From assembly GCF_006345805.1 (NCBI RefSeq), contig NC_043000.1, positions 89,838,001 to 89,902,000 on the forward strand: DNA of 64,000 bases. Reading direction: 5' to 3'. A program made the translations under genes and the position numbers. This DNA is from Octopus sinensis. Its lineage: Eukaryota. Shown here in pieces: positions 37,325 through 50,265 of this stretch; position 1 is the first letter of the stretch; every line of letters begins with the position of its first letter. Under the pieces are notes generated by a model that had not been told where the DNA came from, did no database searches, and saw only the letters and a program-made list of their open reading frames with translations.

Positions 37325-39636
37325 CTACTTATATGCTCTAAATGTATGGTTTTGCCAATGCTTACATCTGTATGCTCGCTCTATAACCGTGTTTACTAGA
37401 GTATTTTTAGAAAAAATAATGAAAAATAGCTCAGAATTGCAGAGAAGACAGAATTTCTTGCCTTTGTCATATGGTATCGAAATTGAGAGAATCAACCATT
37501 CTAAATGAAATTGTTCATTGTGGTCTTTTAAATCCCAAATCAGTTTGCTGAGACCGGTACTATTCCGTTTATTTCTATCCCTAAATGTTGAGTAATGGAT
37601 AGAAATTCTTTTAGATAACTCTAACGATGTGCTTCCAATGTAAAATCGTACTTTATTACGAGTACTGATTATACACTGGTATATAGAATTTTTAATCTTA
37701 GAGTTACTTGACATAACTTAATTCTATTGGAATTGACTTCAGATACAATAACCTTGTTATTAATATTTCTAGAGGGTTGGATGGTATCAGCTAAATTAAT
37801 GTTAGTATTAGTAAATGTATTAATATTTAACAGTCTGTTATTATGAGAAGAGATAATTTGCAAGAGATTTTTTGTGTTTGAAAAACCTATCCTAACCTTA
37901 TGTGAATTGATTATAGAGTAATATCTAGAATTGTTTGGAAAATTCCTAGCAATAGCTTGACGAAACAGCAGTGGGAGATTAGATTTAATTTGTCTCCCGT
38001 AAGGAATTATTAACCAAATATTTCTACTAGTATTCATAGCGTAATTACTTTTTAAGGTGTTATATTTACTTTTAGATCGATGATAGGGGATTAAATAAGG
38101 GTTATCTGCCTTCATTCGCTTTGTATCAGTGCGTAAGTTATGTTTGTTATCAATAATTCTTTTACGACTAGAAATCTTATCTACATTATTGAATTTACAA
38201 TTAGACTGAGCAGAATCTATGTAGAAAATTTTCTCTGTATAACCTGCTTTGATTAAGGCAGAGTTATAGAATTCAGCGTTATTATTGAAAATATCAACAT
38301 TAGCAGATAATTTAGATAATCTAAATGAAATATTCTTAACTAAGTTCTTAGTAATTGCTCCAGGATGATTACTAAATTTGCTAATGTACTTAAGATTGGT
38401 CAACGGTTTACGATATGGGAGGTAAGAGTCACTGTGTAAATTAAGCGTAATATCTAAAAAGTTTGCCTTCGTCATATCGTCATCAAAAACGATTTTTAAG
38501 CCCATTCTACTGAAAAAATTAACTAAACTATTCTTAACTTTTTGTACCTTTTGGTTGGAAACATTTTGGAGGTAAAGTAAACAATCATCACGATATAGAT
38601 CTCCATAAATGTTAGGGAACTCTTCAGCCATTTCAAAAAGAATATATATACAGATCAAATCAGCTATCTGTGCTGAATCAGAACTTCCCATTGGTATATC
38701 GAAACTATCTGGTGTGTCTTTACGGACCCACAACTTATCATCAAATTTAATAATAGATCTTCTGGCTGCCAACACAACATTAATTTCTTCTCTGGTGAGA
38801 CCAGCTTTGTTATGAGCAAGCCAAAGTGCCTTATTAAGTACTATTGGATTGATAGATGAATAAAAATTGGAAATATCAAACTGGATAAACTTAGTACTCA
38901 CCTTATTGTTAATAGAACTAAATCAGTCAACTACTTCAAACGAATTAGTCCATAAACTAAGTTTTAATGTTTTGATTAAATTAGGAATATATTTATCTAG
39001 TATATTTTTACTAAGGATACCGATGTCAGAGATAGAAGAGCTGATAAGCCTTAATGATGGGTTAGTAAAAAAATTTGGTTTGTGATCCTTCAAAATGGAC
39101 CGAGGTTGCTTAGGAACAAGTGGTTCTGTCTTCATTTGTAGGTTATATGTAGCCTCAATGTTGGCTTTCTTAAGTATTCTTTTATCAGCAATTTTATACT
39201 CTTTCTGAATTTCTTTTTTAAGTAATTCCAAATAATAGTCTTTATAAAGTTTGTACAGATTTCCAGTCTTATCAGATTGAACCAACATAGTATCCATAGA
39301 ATTGATTTCTTTGGTGATGTTGCGAAGATACCTCAGATGTTTATTTCTTAGTGGTGATCGTTGAAATTTTACATTTCCCACAATGGACCAGAGATCATCT
39401 TCAAATTGCTTCAATCTTGAGTTAGGCGACGGATTATTTTTAGATTTAAATAACTTGTTGAACTCAGATGTTTTATCATTAGTGTGTTGTTGAGTGTCAT
39501 TTTTGTCAAAGAAAAAGGTAAGCCATCTTATTCGGTTGATGAATGAATTTATCTTATTGACAAGTTGTTTAAGGAAAACATTCTTAGGTGGAATAGGAAT
39601 GTCCTTAAGAGATGCGTTAATATTCAATAACTTCAT
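37325..39636 (-). pseudogene. PLE RT plus C-terminal GIY-YIG ORF with one in-frame TGA (38923-38925) and one frameshift (~37720)
   Basis: SLKDIPIP, SDKTGNLY, KDHKPNF, FIQFDISNFYSSI, FDIPMGSSDSA, LYRDD, FLDITLNL, SNHP, FYIGSTS, CLLCNSE, CKHW. Confidence 0.93.
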
Positions 39637-39882
39637 ATGCTGTAACTATTCAGTTAGCAGGTTATTAATAAACCTGATTAAAATATTATAAATAGATGAG
39701 TGTATTTTTACCTTGTTAACAATTAACACGGAAAAATAAATAGTTACCAGGGCAGCAAAAATCTCACAAGTAAAGGTGTTGTAACTCCTTGTTTATAAAG
39801 GTAGAAACTTCGTGTTTACGTTGAATATTTTGAATAATATGAATAAAAAATGGAGTTAATGCAGGTGTAATCAAATATTTTT

Positions 39883-39968
39883 ACTTTCGACACATGTTTC
39901 GAAAATTCCACTGATACTATTCAAAAGAATAAATGGTATAAACAATGCAATCTTCTCCTCAGGAAAGT
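39883..39968 (-). ncRNA. Type I hammerhead in PLE-B 5' pLTR
   Basis: Same motif as 37034-37123. Confidence 0.85.
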
Positions 39969-40130
39969 GAAAAAAACGAAACTCGTCAATAAGACATTTT
40001 AGCAAAAAGTTATGGATTTGTATAGCGATAGACAGAACGCTATTAATATTGTTTAATAGCGTTCTCTCTATCGCTATACAAATTCATAATTTTTTGCTAA
40101 AATGTCTTATTGACGAGTTTCGTTTTTTTC

Positions 40131-40216
40131 ACTTTCCTGAGGAGAAGATTGCATTGTTTATACCATTTATTCTTTTGAATAGTATCAGTGGAATTTTCGA
40201 AACATATGTCGAAAGT
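40131..40216 (+). ncRNA. Type I hammerhead in the inverted pLTR fragment of PLE-B
   Basis: ACTTTC-CTGAGGA-GAAGATT...AATTTTC-GAAA-CATATG-TC-GAAAGT; GUC site at 40210. Confidence 0.85.
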
Positions 40217-40260
40217 AAAAATATTTGATTACACCTGCGTTAACTCCATTTTTTATTCAT

Positions 40261-40294
<34 letters not shown>

Positions 40295-40453
40295 ATATAC
40301 ATATATATACATATATATATATATACATATATATACATATATATATATATATACATATATATGCATATATATATATATACATATATATACATACATATAT
40401 ATGTATATATACATATATATGTATATATACATATATATGTATACATATATATG

Positions 40454-40550
<97 letters not shown>

Positions 40551-40552
<2 letters not shown>

Positions 40553-42165
40553 CGGCCAAAATGTTCAGAACGGCATTGTTTTCGTCAGAAAAGTAAGTAT
40601 AAGTTTTTATTAAAGCAGTTTTATATTCTATAATATTCACAGACAATAAATACAATATTAATTGTTATTGTCTGAGATTTTGGTGTAATTTGAGAGGATA
40701 ATACAAAAGTTATGGATGATTTAGTGATTTACTGCAAAACCCATGGCGGCCAAAATGATCACAACGGTTGAAAAAATTACAAAATAATCAAAAATGACAG
40801 AGAATACTGGAATTATTTAATATTTAGTGTGAAGCCCTTTAGCTTCAATCACACTCTGACATCTTTGACTGCATGAGGAAATTGAATTTTCAATTTCTTG
40901 CTGGGTGATCTTACTCCATTCTTCCTGAAGGGCATTCCATAATTACTCAGTTGTTTTAGGATTTCTGGCTTTCGAACTTCTAGAATATTCCATAATTTTC
41001 AATAGGATTGAGATCTGGGCTTTGAGCAAGCCAATCCATAACAATAACCTTTTCAGCCTTGAGGAAGTTCATGACCACCTTAGCCTTGTGACATGGGGCA
41101 TTGTTCTGCATGAATATGGGTGGTCGCTTAGTTGAATTTCTCAGCACAGGCAAGACATGATCTTTTACAAGTTGTTTATAAACTCCTGCATTTACCTTTT
41201 CATGTAATCGTACCAAAGGGCCCACACCATCTCCAGATATCATCCCCCAAACCATGACACTTCCTCCACCGAATTTAACACTAGTCTTAAGGCATTTAGG
41301 CGACAATTTTTCACCTACTTTTCTACGAACGTACCTTTTCCCATCTGAGCCAAATAACATAAACTTAGATTCATCACTGAAATGCACCGTTTGCCATTTT
41401 TCTTGAGACCACAACACAGGTTTGGTTGCAAAGGTAAGACGACACTTTTTATTCTTGGAGCTGATCAGTGGCTTCACTGCAGGTTCTCTTGCTTGTAGGT
41501 CATGTTCAACTAAACGACGAGACACAGTTTTTCGAGATAAAGTTTTCTTCAATACAATGCTCATTTTCCGAGAAACAATAGCAGCAGTTTTAAATCTGTC
41601 CTTTTTAACCAACTTTACCATAGCACGATCTTCTCTCTTGGTCGTTTTTCTTGGCCTACCTGTAAACTTTCTTACTTCACACGAACCACAATCATTGTAG
41701 ACCTTAAGAATACCGTGTACAACACTTTTTGACTTGTTAACAATCTTTGCAATAGATCCAATACTTAAATTATCCTTCCTTTGAAGCGTATTAATCTGCT
41801 GACGAATTGGTAACGGAGTAAGTAGCATTATATTAACAAAGTACACTGCAAATATTCTTACTAATGTTTAGTAAACGAACCGTCACGTAAACAAATTCAA
41901 AACATTAGAGTTCGCCGGTTAAATATACTAAAACACGGAGTAAAAGCAACCGTTCTGATCATTTTAGCCGCCATGGGTTTTGCAGTAAATCACTAAATCA
42001 TCCATAACTTTTGTATTATCCTCTCAAATTACACCAAAATCTCAGGCAATAACAAATAGTATTTATTGTCTGTGAAAATTATAGAATATAAAACAACTTT
42101 GATAAAAAATGACATCTACTTTTCTGACGAAAACAATGCCGTTCTGAACAGTTTGGCCGCCACTG
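40551..42165 (-). mobile_element. Tc1-family DNA transposon with ~220-bp IR/DR-type TIRs
   Basis: 40551-40770 is the reverse complement of 41948-42165; inner and outer GCGGCCAAAATG.TCA.AACGG repeats; right end ...CCACTG|TA. Confidence 0.92.
40817..41846 (-). pseudogene. Tc1 transposase with catalytic D to N change (FMQNNAPCH) and a frameshift after PDLNPIEN
   Basis: GRPRKTT, FSDESKF, GGGSVMVWG, SPDLNPIEN; shifted frame continues WNILE...EAKGLHTKY*. Confidence 0.9.
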
Positions 42166-42187
42166 TATATATATATATGTTTGTATG

Positions 42188-42221
<34 letters not shown>

Positions 42222-42320
42222 ATGTATTGTTTGTGCCTGATGAATATGTTTGAGATATTTTTAAACATATGAAACTGTTAGTAGCACTTAAAGACATGTA
42301 TTGCGTCCGTTAAATATATA

Positions 42321-42395
<75 letters not shown>

Positions 42396-42558
42396 AAATG
42401 AGAAAATGGAGAAACATACCTAAATCAATCATCAACCATCAGATACTACCCAATCAATACTTTATTAAACCATTACATAACAGCAATGACATTATACATA
42501 ATATATTGCAAATATAACTAGACATGGAAATAGAAATAGAAAATACAATTACATCATA

Positions 42559-42669
42559 TCTGACAGCTGTTTCGGCCGTGAAGACAGGTATGTCTCATTT
42601 AACCTATTAGCCATATAAAGCAGGTATAAATGAGACATTAACAAGGGTGTCTCACGGCCTCTTCAGAGA
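42559..42669 (-). ncRNA. Type I hammerhead with very long rod-like stem II
   Basis: Minus: TCT-CTGAAGA-GGCCGTGA GACA...ATGTCTCATTTA...TAAATGAGACAT...TGTC T TCACGGCC-GAAA-CAGCTG-TC-AGA. Confidence 0.85.
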
Positions 42670-42970
42670 ATTTAATATAAGTGTGAAAAAACTTTACATA
42701 TAAATATAAAAATATAAAATATAAAAATGTGTGCATAGACACTCATAATTCTACACATATATATATACACATTAATACAATATAAACAAAATATATCAGT
42801 ATACATTAACAAACACAGTTATTTTCCATATTGGACTCATAGTTCCATAACCAACATCAAGGAAATACATGTACACTCACATTTAAATTTAAAGCAGACA
42901 TATATATATAGAACAGTCCAGTTCATTAAAATGTATAACCATACAAAAAGTCAATAAAATTAATATTAAT

Positions 42971-43041
<71 letters not shown>

Positions 43042-44337
43042 CAACCATGATTGTACCATGTAAAGCAAGCGGACATCCACATATATACTCAATAAGTCGA
43101 ATTCATCTGTCCGCTTGATATTGATTTTCCTAGATAGATTCGATTGGCTTATAGTTTTAAATTTGAATCACAATGGAAATTTTACGGTTAGTTAGCCAAG
43201 AAACGCACATACGCACACGCACATCCACAGATCCTGCGCACATACATACATAATTATATGTATACACACACACATACACCCACACACATACACACATACA
43301 TAGCCACATACACAGCCAAATCATAAATAAATAAATAATATAAGAGGTATAATCGTAACTATACACATGGAAAAACAGAGGAACCCAACCGATTGCACAT
43401 ACATGCATGCAGACATCCAGCCCCCCCAAAACGACACCAAGACCGCGGTATTAACTAAGAAGATCCACTCACATATTTCCATAAAACATTAAATGCAAAG
43501 ATACATATAATTATATCAAGATAGAGAATGTAATTTTTCATAAGGTACATAATTCATATGACACCGTATTTTTCGTAACCATAGTATTTTATAACTAAAA
43601 GTCTGCTAACTTAACCGCTATATGCTATATTCAAACATACGCTAAATTATAAAGTATAGATTAAACATTTCCGTTTGACTATCAAAAGATATAGAAATAT
43701 ATATATACTAAGTTAACATCGGTTTATAATAATTAAATTATAAGAGATTAATTGTAAGAAGTCAAAATACGCTAATATTCTAGGATATATAAACAAAATA
43801 ACTCCTTATAGCATAAATAGATATCTCTACGTAATAAATCCAATGTTATTATAATACTAATATTTATCTATTAAAACCCTTACCAACGAACTAATAGAAT
43901 TACACTCACATCTACATGCCCATATGTATACTCATGTGTAACAACAGACATACACATACACACCATATATTTTCACATGTGATGTGCGTGTAAACATTCA
44001 TAGTACTTATATATAAATATATTTTTAAGCATCAGTGGACACATAAATACAAATGTAATAATTAACAGGATTTGGCATTAAATAATATCAGTGGAGGACT
44101 TACCAATAAAATAGTATATAAGTAAATAACAAAAATTAAATTAATTATAAGTTAATAATTGTAATTACTTAAGATTAAAATGTAATAAAATAAAATAATA
44201 TGAAATAATTAAAATTAAAATGAAAATATAAGTACAAGCTAGTATACATGTATATATATATATTTTATTATAATAAATAATGGATATGTATGTATATATC
44301 TACATATAAATAAATAAATAAATGAATAAATAAATAG

Positions 44338-44745
44338 ATAAATACCATAGAAAACAAATTAAGATAAATACAAAGGTACACCTAATATATAGTAATGCTA
44401 ATATGTATATATCCACATATGCATAAAAGAATAGATAGATAGATAAATAACATAAAATAAAATGAAGATATACATTGAAAAAAGTACATATATAAACCTA
44501 GTATACAGGCTACTATTATGTAAACATTTACCTATAGATAATGAATAAATAAATAGATAAATAACATAATGTACAAATCAAGATGAGTACAAATATAGAC
44601 TAAATATATAAGACTGCTAATATGTATAAAGCCAAATGTAAGTAAATGAATAGGTTTATTAATAAATAACATAAGATACAAATTTAGATGAGTACAAAGA
44701 TACACTAAATATACAATATATAAGCCTGCCAAATAAATACCTGCA
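44338..44745. repeat. Degenerate ~105-114-bp tandem repeat x4
   Basis: ATAAATA(A/C)CAT anchor at 44338, 44443, 44557 and 44662; AGATGAGTACAAA in the last two units. Confidence 0.6.
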
Positions 44746-45124
44746 AAAACCCATATACTCATCCAAAACAAACAAAATCCAATATAGACTCTCATTTATT
44801 ACATATTAGTATTACAGTATCTAAAACCAGGTATCTAACTATGACACACTCTGCAATTTTGGAAATCTCCAAGAATATCATATTACTGTGTATATACCAA
44901 AATGTATATATTCTTTCTTGCCGCAGTGTATTTCCCTTATAAACCAGGACAAAAAGCAAAAAACAAAAAACAATTAATACAGAACATATATATTTATATA
45001 CATGTGTAGCTACAAAATTATAAAATTATAAATTTATAAGTTGCATGTTTTAAAATTGTAGAAGACTACTAGTATAATTAGATACAGAGGAGAGTTAAAA
45101 TATTACTAGTAGAAAAGCTAAGTT

Positions 45125-47361
45125 CTATTTAAATCTAGAGAAAGTGTACGGTAGTTTATGAATGCAAAAAAAATTTTTTTCATTAATATTATTAATAATA
45201 GGCCTACCAGCTTTGATAATGAAAAAAATTTCATTTTTACATAGAGAGCATTTTTTATTTTTTCCATTATATACAGGTGCAGAAGTTAGTATTTTCCAGT
45301 TTAATTTAAAATCTAAGTTCTTACTTTTGAGTTCCCAAATATACGCACTTAACCCCGTAGAGTACATCCTATTTTTATTTCTAAAAGTATATCTATGATA
45401 ATTAAGTCTCTGTTTCATGCTATTCATAGTTGCTCCGATGTATACCCTACTACTAAATTGTGTATCCACAGTGCATTAATAAACTACCTCTTTCTTGAGG
45501 CATTGATTACCAAACACACATTTATTTCTGTTTCTGAAATTACAGTTATCAACAGGTTGGAGTAATCTAACATTGGCCAACATTCCTGTAACACCATTCC
45601 CATTAATAGTGTTACAATTATTTTTACTATCCAATCCCAAATTCAACGAATGATTTGATTTATCATTATTGGCGATATTCCTATCAATAGTAATAGTATT
45701 GGTGGTAGTGGTATCATCTATTACATTAATATTTTTCCTTACAGGTACGGTACCATCATAATTTGCAAGAGGGTTGTTCGCGTTAGCTCCAAAAGATATA
45801 TTGTTCCTACGATTATAGAGAGGCAAATTACTATTATCTAAATTCAACTTTCTATCATTATAGAAGTAATCCAGTTTCCTGTTATTAAATGAGGAGATGA
45901 TGGTGGCTAGATTGTGTGTAATGCTATATCCTATTCTAACAGTTCCATTGTTAATTAAATGACCAAATTTATTCTTACCCTTACCAAAATGCCTAAATAT
46001 TACATTGTGCAAAGCTCTAACTATGTCTGTTTTTATCTGCAATGCATATGGGATTATCAGCCATAGTGTATCCTTATCGGTATTAGGGTTGCCTATCAAA
46101 TTGTTATTTTTAGTAAAAACCTTATTCCTCGTCCATCCCATATGTTTACTATCCTTAACAATGTCATTGTTATGCCTATCATTATCAATATTCCCATAAT
46201 TATTGCGTAAATAAACTTTACTATTATCATACCTACCATTAGTTTTGATATGCGTATTATTAATATTACTACCATCACTTATGTGCGCTAATTTATTTAA
46301 ACTAACGTCAACAGCTCCGAAATTACCAACACCTCTATAATTATCATATGCGTTTTTATATATCCTATTTTTCCTTGTCTTACAGTTATTATTGTTTGTC
46401 CTAAATTTATTGGCGTTGTTCCTAATAGTTCCACCTGTATTTGAAGGATTATCCTTGGGTATATACCATATTTTACTTATGTAGCCTGCTTTCAGCAATG
46501 CTGTATTATATCTATCACAATGCTTATTAAAAATGTCCCCGTTTGAGGATAGATAAGAGATTCTCTGACTAATGCTACGCACTAGTGATATTTTAATTTG
46601 AGGGGGGTGATTGCTAGAACGGTTTATATATACTAAGTTAGAATTGGGTTTAATATAAGGTTCATGTATCCCATTAGTAAGGTTGCAATTGACATCTAAA
46701 TAATTGGCAGAATAGTTTTCATTTTCAATAATTATGGATAGGCCAAAACTTTTAAAAATTTATTTAGGCTTTTTTTCAGTAGATCCAGTCTCCTATTTGA
46801 TGTATTATTTACCAAAAATAAAGCGTCATCCCTATATAGTCCTCCTTTTAATTCAGGGAATTCCCTACTAATGTTATCTAGTAAATACATCCCAACCAGA
46901 TCAGTCACTTCCGCTGAATCCGGCGATCCCATGGTGATGTCGAACAAGTTGGGTGTGTCTTTTCTAGCCCAAAGTTTGTTATCAAACTCTATTAATGTTT
47001 TCCTAGCTGTTAAGATAACCCTAATCTCTCCCATACTTAATTTAGTGTGTCTCCTAGCAAAAATTAAAGCCTTATTTAATATAATAGGGTTTATGGATGT
47101 GTAGTAATTTTGTATATCAAATTGGATGAATTTACTTCTATTATTATCACTGACCTTAATGGCAGAAAACCAATCCAGTGCACCTTGAGTATTCTTCCAA
47201 AGGCTAAGTTTAATCTTGTTAAGTATAGTAGGTAAATATTTATCCAGAATAAGTTTACTCAGTCTGCCTAAGTCAGATTTGGTAGGGCAAATCAATCTGA
47301 CCTGCGTGTTACCAAGAAAGTTTTCTTTATGGTCCTTGAGTGTGATTCTCGGTCTAGTGGG

Positions 47362-47363
<2 letters not shown>
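45125..47363 (-). pseudogene. PLE-C: 5'-truncated Penelope-like RT plus GIY-YIG ORF (one frameshift ~46740, one TAA at 45476)
   Basis: ITLKDHKENF, FIQFDIQNYYTSI, FDITMGSPDSAEVTDLVG, GLYRDD, CNFRNRNKCVFGNQCL, VYIGAT, CSLCKNE, CIHK; truncated at an (AT)n tract. Confidence 0.92.
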
Positions 47364-47411
<48 letters not shown>

Positions 47412-47412
<1 letters not shown>

Positions 47413-48690
47413 GAGGGGTACCAAAAGAAACCGGAATTTTGTAATATTTTATTTACTTAGTTTTACATATTTACACTTTAATCGCCTTCAAAGTATTATC
47501 TGTTTGAAGCAAGGCATCGGTCCAGATGCGTTTCCCACTGTTCGGAGCAGACCAGGAACACTTGCGAAGTGATGCCTTTTAACGCCTCTATCAGTCTTTT
47601 TCTCCTCCTCTTCCACATCTGCGAAACGTTTTCCTTTAAGGAAAACCCCTTCCATTCGAAGTAACAAAAACAAGTCGCAATAAGCAAGATCAACTTCCAA
47701 CTATTCTTTAAATTTATAACACGCATTCACTCCTGACTGCTTTTGATCTTCCGTGAGCAAGCGAAGCATAAATTTTGCTGCAACTCTTTTTATTCGGAAT
47801 TCCTCGCTCAAAATTCGTCGGTAGGAACTCCAGGACAGACCAGTCATATCAACAAGTTTTTAATAATGGAAGGCAAGGTTTACGATATCGGAAGAATATC
47901 GTCTTCTTCCATCATATTTTTGTTCTTCGAGTAGTTCAGGCTTCCGGCAGGCGAAGAGAGAAAAGTACAAATGCTATTTACAACTGGTTTATTTACAGGA
48001 TTCGCGGGATAGGTGTAGTGTGCTGCTCTCAGCTACCATCTTTAGCTGTGTGCGTTGTGTAGTAGCTCCGTTTGTGCGGGTACATTGCCTCTGGAGATAA
48101 AACTTATAGACAGGTCCAGTCAGTGGTGGTGTTCAGCCAGCGCTGCTGTGTAGTGACGCCAAAAAGAAAGATTTGTATCGGGTTTTCCCTTTATATAGTT
48201 TTTTTCCATCGCGAGCCTCGTTGTGATCTCGCGCATGGCAAATGGATGCAGGTGAGGTCTCGCTCCAGTCTCGGAGATGGCAATGGCTGCCGCGAGATCG
48301 CATCCAATAAGGCTCTGACTGCTTGTGCAGTTACAAGTTCATCAATTGTTCAGTGACGGTCCTCTGAGATCAGTTCCTGAATTTTCATAATGTTTTCATT
48401 CGTTCGGTAGGTTAACGGTCGTCCTGAACGAGGTTGGTCTTCAGGCGACAAGTGACTATTCCTAAAGTGAGAAAACCACTCGTAAACTTGTGTTTTGCTC
48501 ATAGCAACGTACTTGTAAGTTGTTTGAAGCGTGACAGCTGTTTCGGCCGCCGTTTACCCCACCAGAATTTCACGGAAGCACACCGTTCCTTCGTTTCAGA
48601 CATATTGATATAACTTTTCACGCTGAATCTAATGTTGTTATTTGCTTGTCCCAGAGAAATTTTAGAAAAATGTTAAAGAAGGTTAAATTT
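47412..48690 (-). pseudogene. Degenerate mariner element
   Basis: TA|CGAGGGGTACCAAAAG TIR; MSKTQVYEWF...PRSGRP; DLAYCDLF, LKGKRFADVEE; second TIR not found. Confidence 0.85.
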
Positions 48691-48742
48691 TGGTTGTGCA
48701 TGCGTGTATGTGTGAGTGTGTTTGCATGTATGTATATATAGG

Positions 48743-48791
<49 letters not shown>

Positions 48792-48812
48792 GTGTACACA
48801 CACGCACACACA

Positions 48813-48917
48813 CAACTTGGGCAAGTGTCTTCTGCTGTAACATCGGACTGACCAAAGCTTTGTGTGAGTTGATTTGGTAAATAGCCTCTGAAAGATCGCT
48901 CAGTGTGTGTGTGTGCG

Positions 48918-48967
<50 letters not shown>

Positions 48968-49025
48968 CATGTGTGTGTACACACATGCACACACACACAC
49001 ACACACACACATGCACACACACACA

Positions 49026-49064
<39 letters not shown>

Positions 49065-49152
49065 AGCGATCTTTCAGATGCTATTTACCAAATCCACTCA
49101 CACAAAGCTTTGGTCAGTCCGAGGCTACAGCAGAAGACACTTGCCCAAGTTG
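48813..49152. repeat. Fold-back duplication of a SINE S1 segment
   Basis: Arms share private variants (AAGATCGCTCAGTG); centre GTAC at 48977-48980. Confidence 0.85.
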
Positions 49153-49612
49153 CCACACAATGGGACTGAACCCAGAACCATGTGGTTGGAAAGCAAACTT
49201 ATCATGCAGTCACGTCTGTGCCTATTGCCAGTTTTTAGACTGTTTGTGGTCAGTCTGGAGTCAGTATGTGGGCATTGAGTGGTCAGTTTGTGGACAACAC
49301 ATCTCCACGTGCGGATGTAATAAATTTTAAAAATATGATTAAACGGAAACAAACAGATTGATGCAAATATTCTGTTTTTTTGTCAGTCAATAAATATTCA
49401 AAATCACATTTACACCTCCATCACCAACCCCACGCCATCACTGCCAACACCACCACCATGTAGAATGAATTGTCTGACTGTGTGCGTGTGCGTATGTATC
49501 CGTGTGTGAGTGTGTGCATGTGTGTATGTGTGTGTGTATAGGTTTTGTAGGTGTTAGCTGTGAAGTGCAGGCCGTGGGCTTTATAGTAGAGTTTCACTGT
49601 TCATCTGATTGG

Positions 49613-49656
<44 letters not shown>

Positions 49657-49959
49657 TGTGTGCGTGTGTGTGCGCGTGCGTATGTGGGTATATGTGTGTA
49701 TACGTGTGAGTCTATGATGTGTGTGTGTGTGTGCGTGTGTCTTTCTCTATGGTGTGTCTCTTACTATTGGGTGAGTGTATGTATGTGTGTGCCTGTGAGC
49801 GTGAGTGTGTGTTGTGTCTGAGAGATTGTGTGTCAAAGTGACCTTGTGGTGTTCTCAGACATAAAAACAAACATACATTCACTTATATACACTCATATAC
49901 AATGGTTTGTACATGTGCGTGTATTTATATATTTATATTAATGTACATATGTATATATA

Positions 49960-50025
<66 letters not shown>

Positions 50026-50214
50026 TATATGTGTGTGTATGTGTGTGTGTGTGTGTGTGATGGCGTGAGGATGGTGTTGGAGGTGTAAATATGATAGATA
50101 GATAGATATGCGTGTATGTGTATGAATATATATGAATATATATGTATATATATATGTATGTATGTGTGTGTGTAACATATTTGCTTACAAATATAGATAG
50201 GTAGATATGCATAT

Positions 50215-50265
<51 letters not shown>

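Larger units (their letters stand above)
36841..40263 (-). mobile_element. PLE-B: near full-length Penelope-like element (Nematis-like, tentative) with 3' pLTR (36841-37211), 5' pLTR (39694-40056) and 5' inverted pLTR fragment (40054-40263)
   Basis: ~365-bp direct repeats flank the ORF; hairpin-type inversion junction; (AT)n on both flanks. Confidence 0.95.

Noticed and set aside
38923-38925. In-frame TGA in PLE-B as possible selenocysteine recoding (known for Naiad PLEs)
   Set aside because: It aligns with the conserved Trp of DWF (intact in PLE-C), not a Cys; the element has a C-terminal rather than N-terminal endonuclease; simple TGG to TGA nonsense change
48524-48540. GAAACAGCTGTC hammerhead-like half motif on the minus strand
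   Set aside because: Lies within mariner transposase coding sequence (AETAVTL) with no matching CUGANGA or stem I
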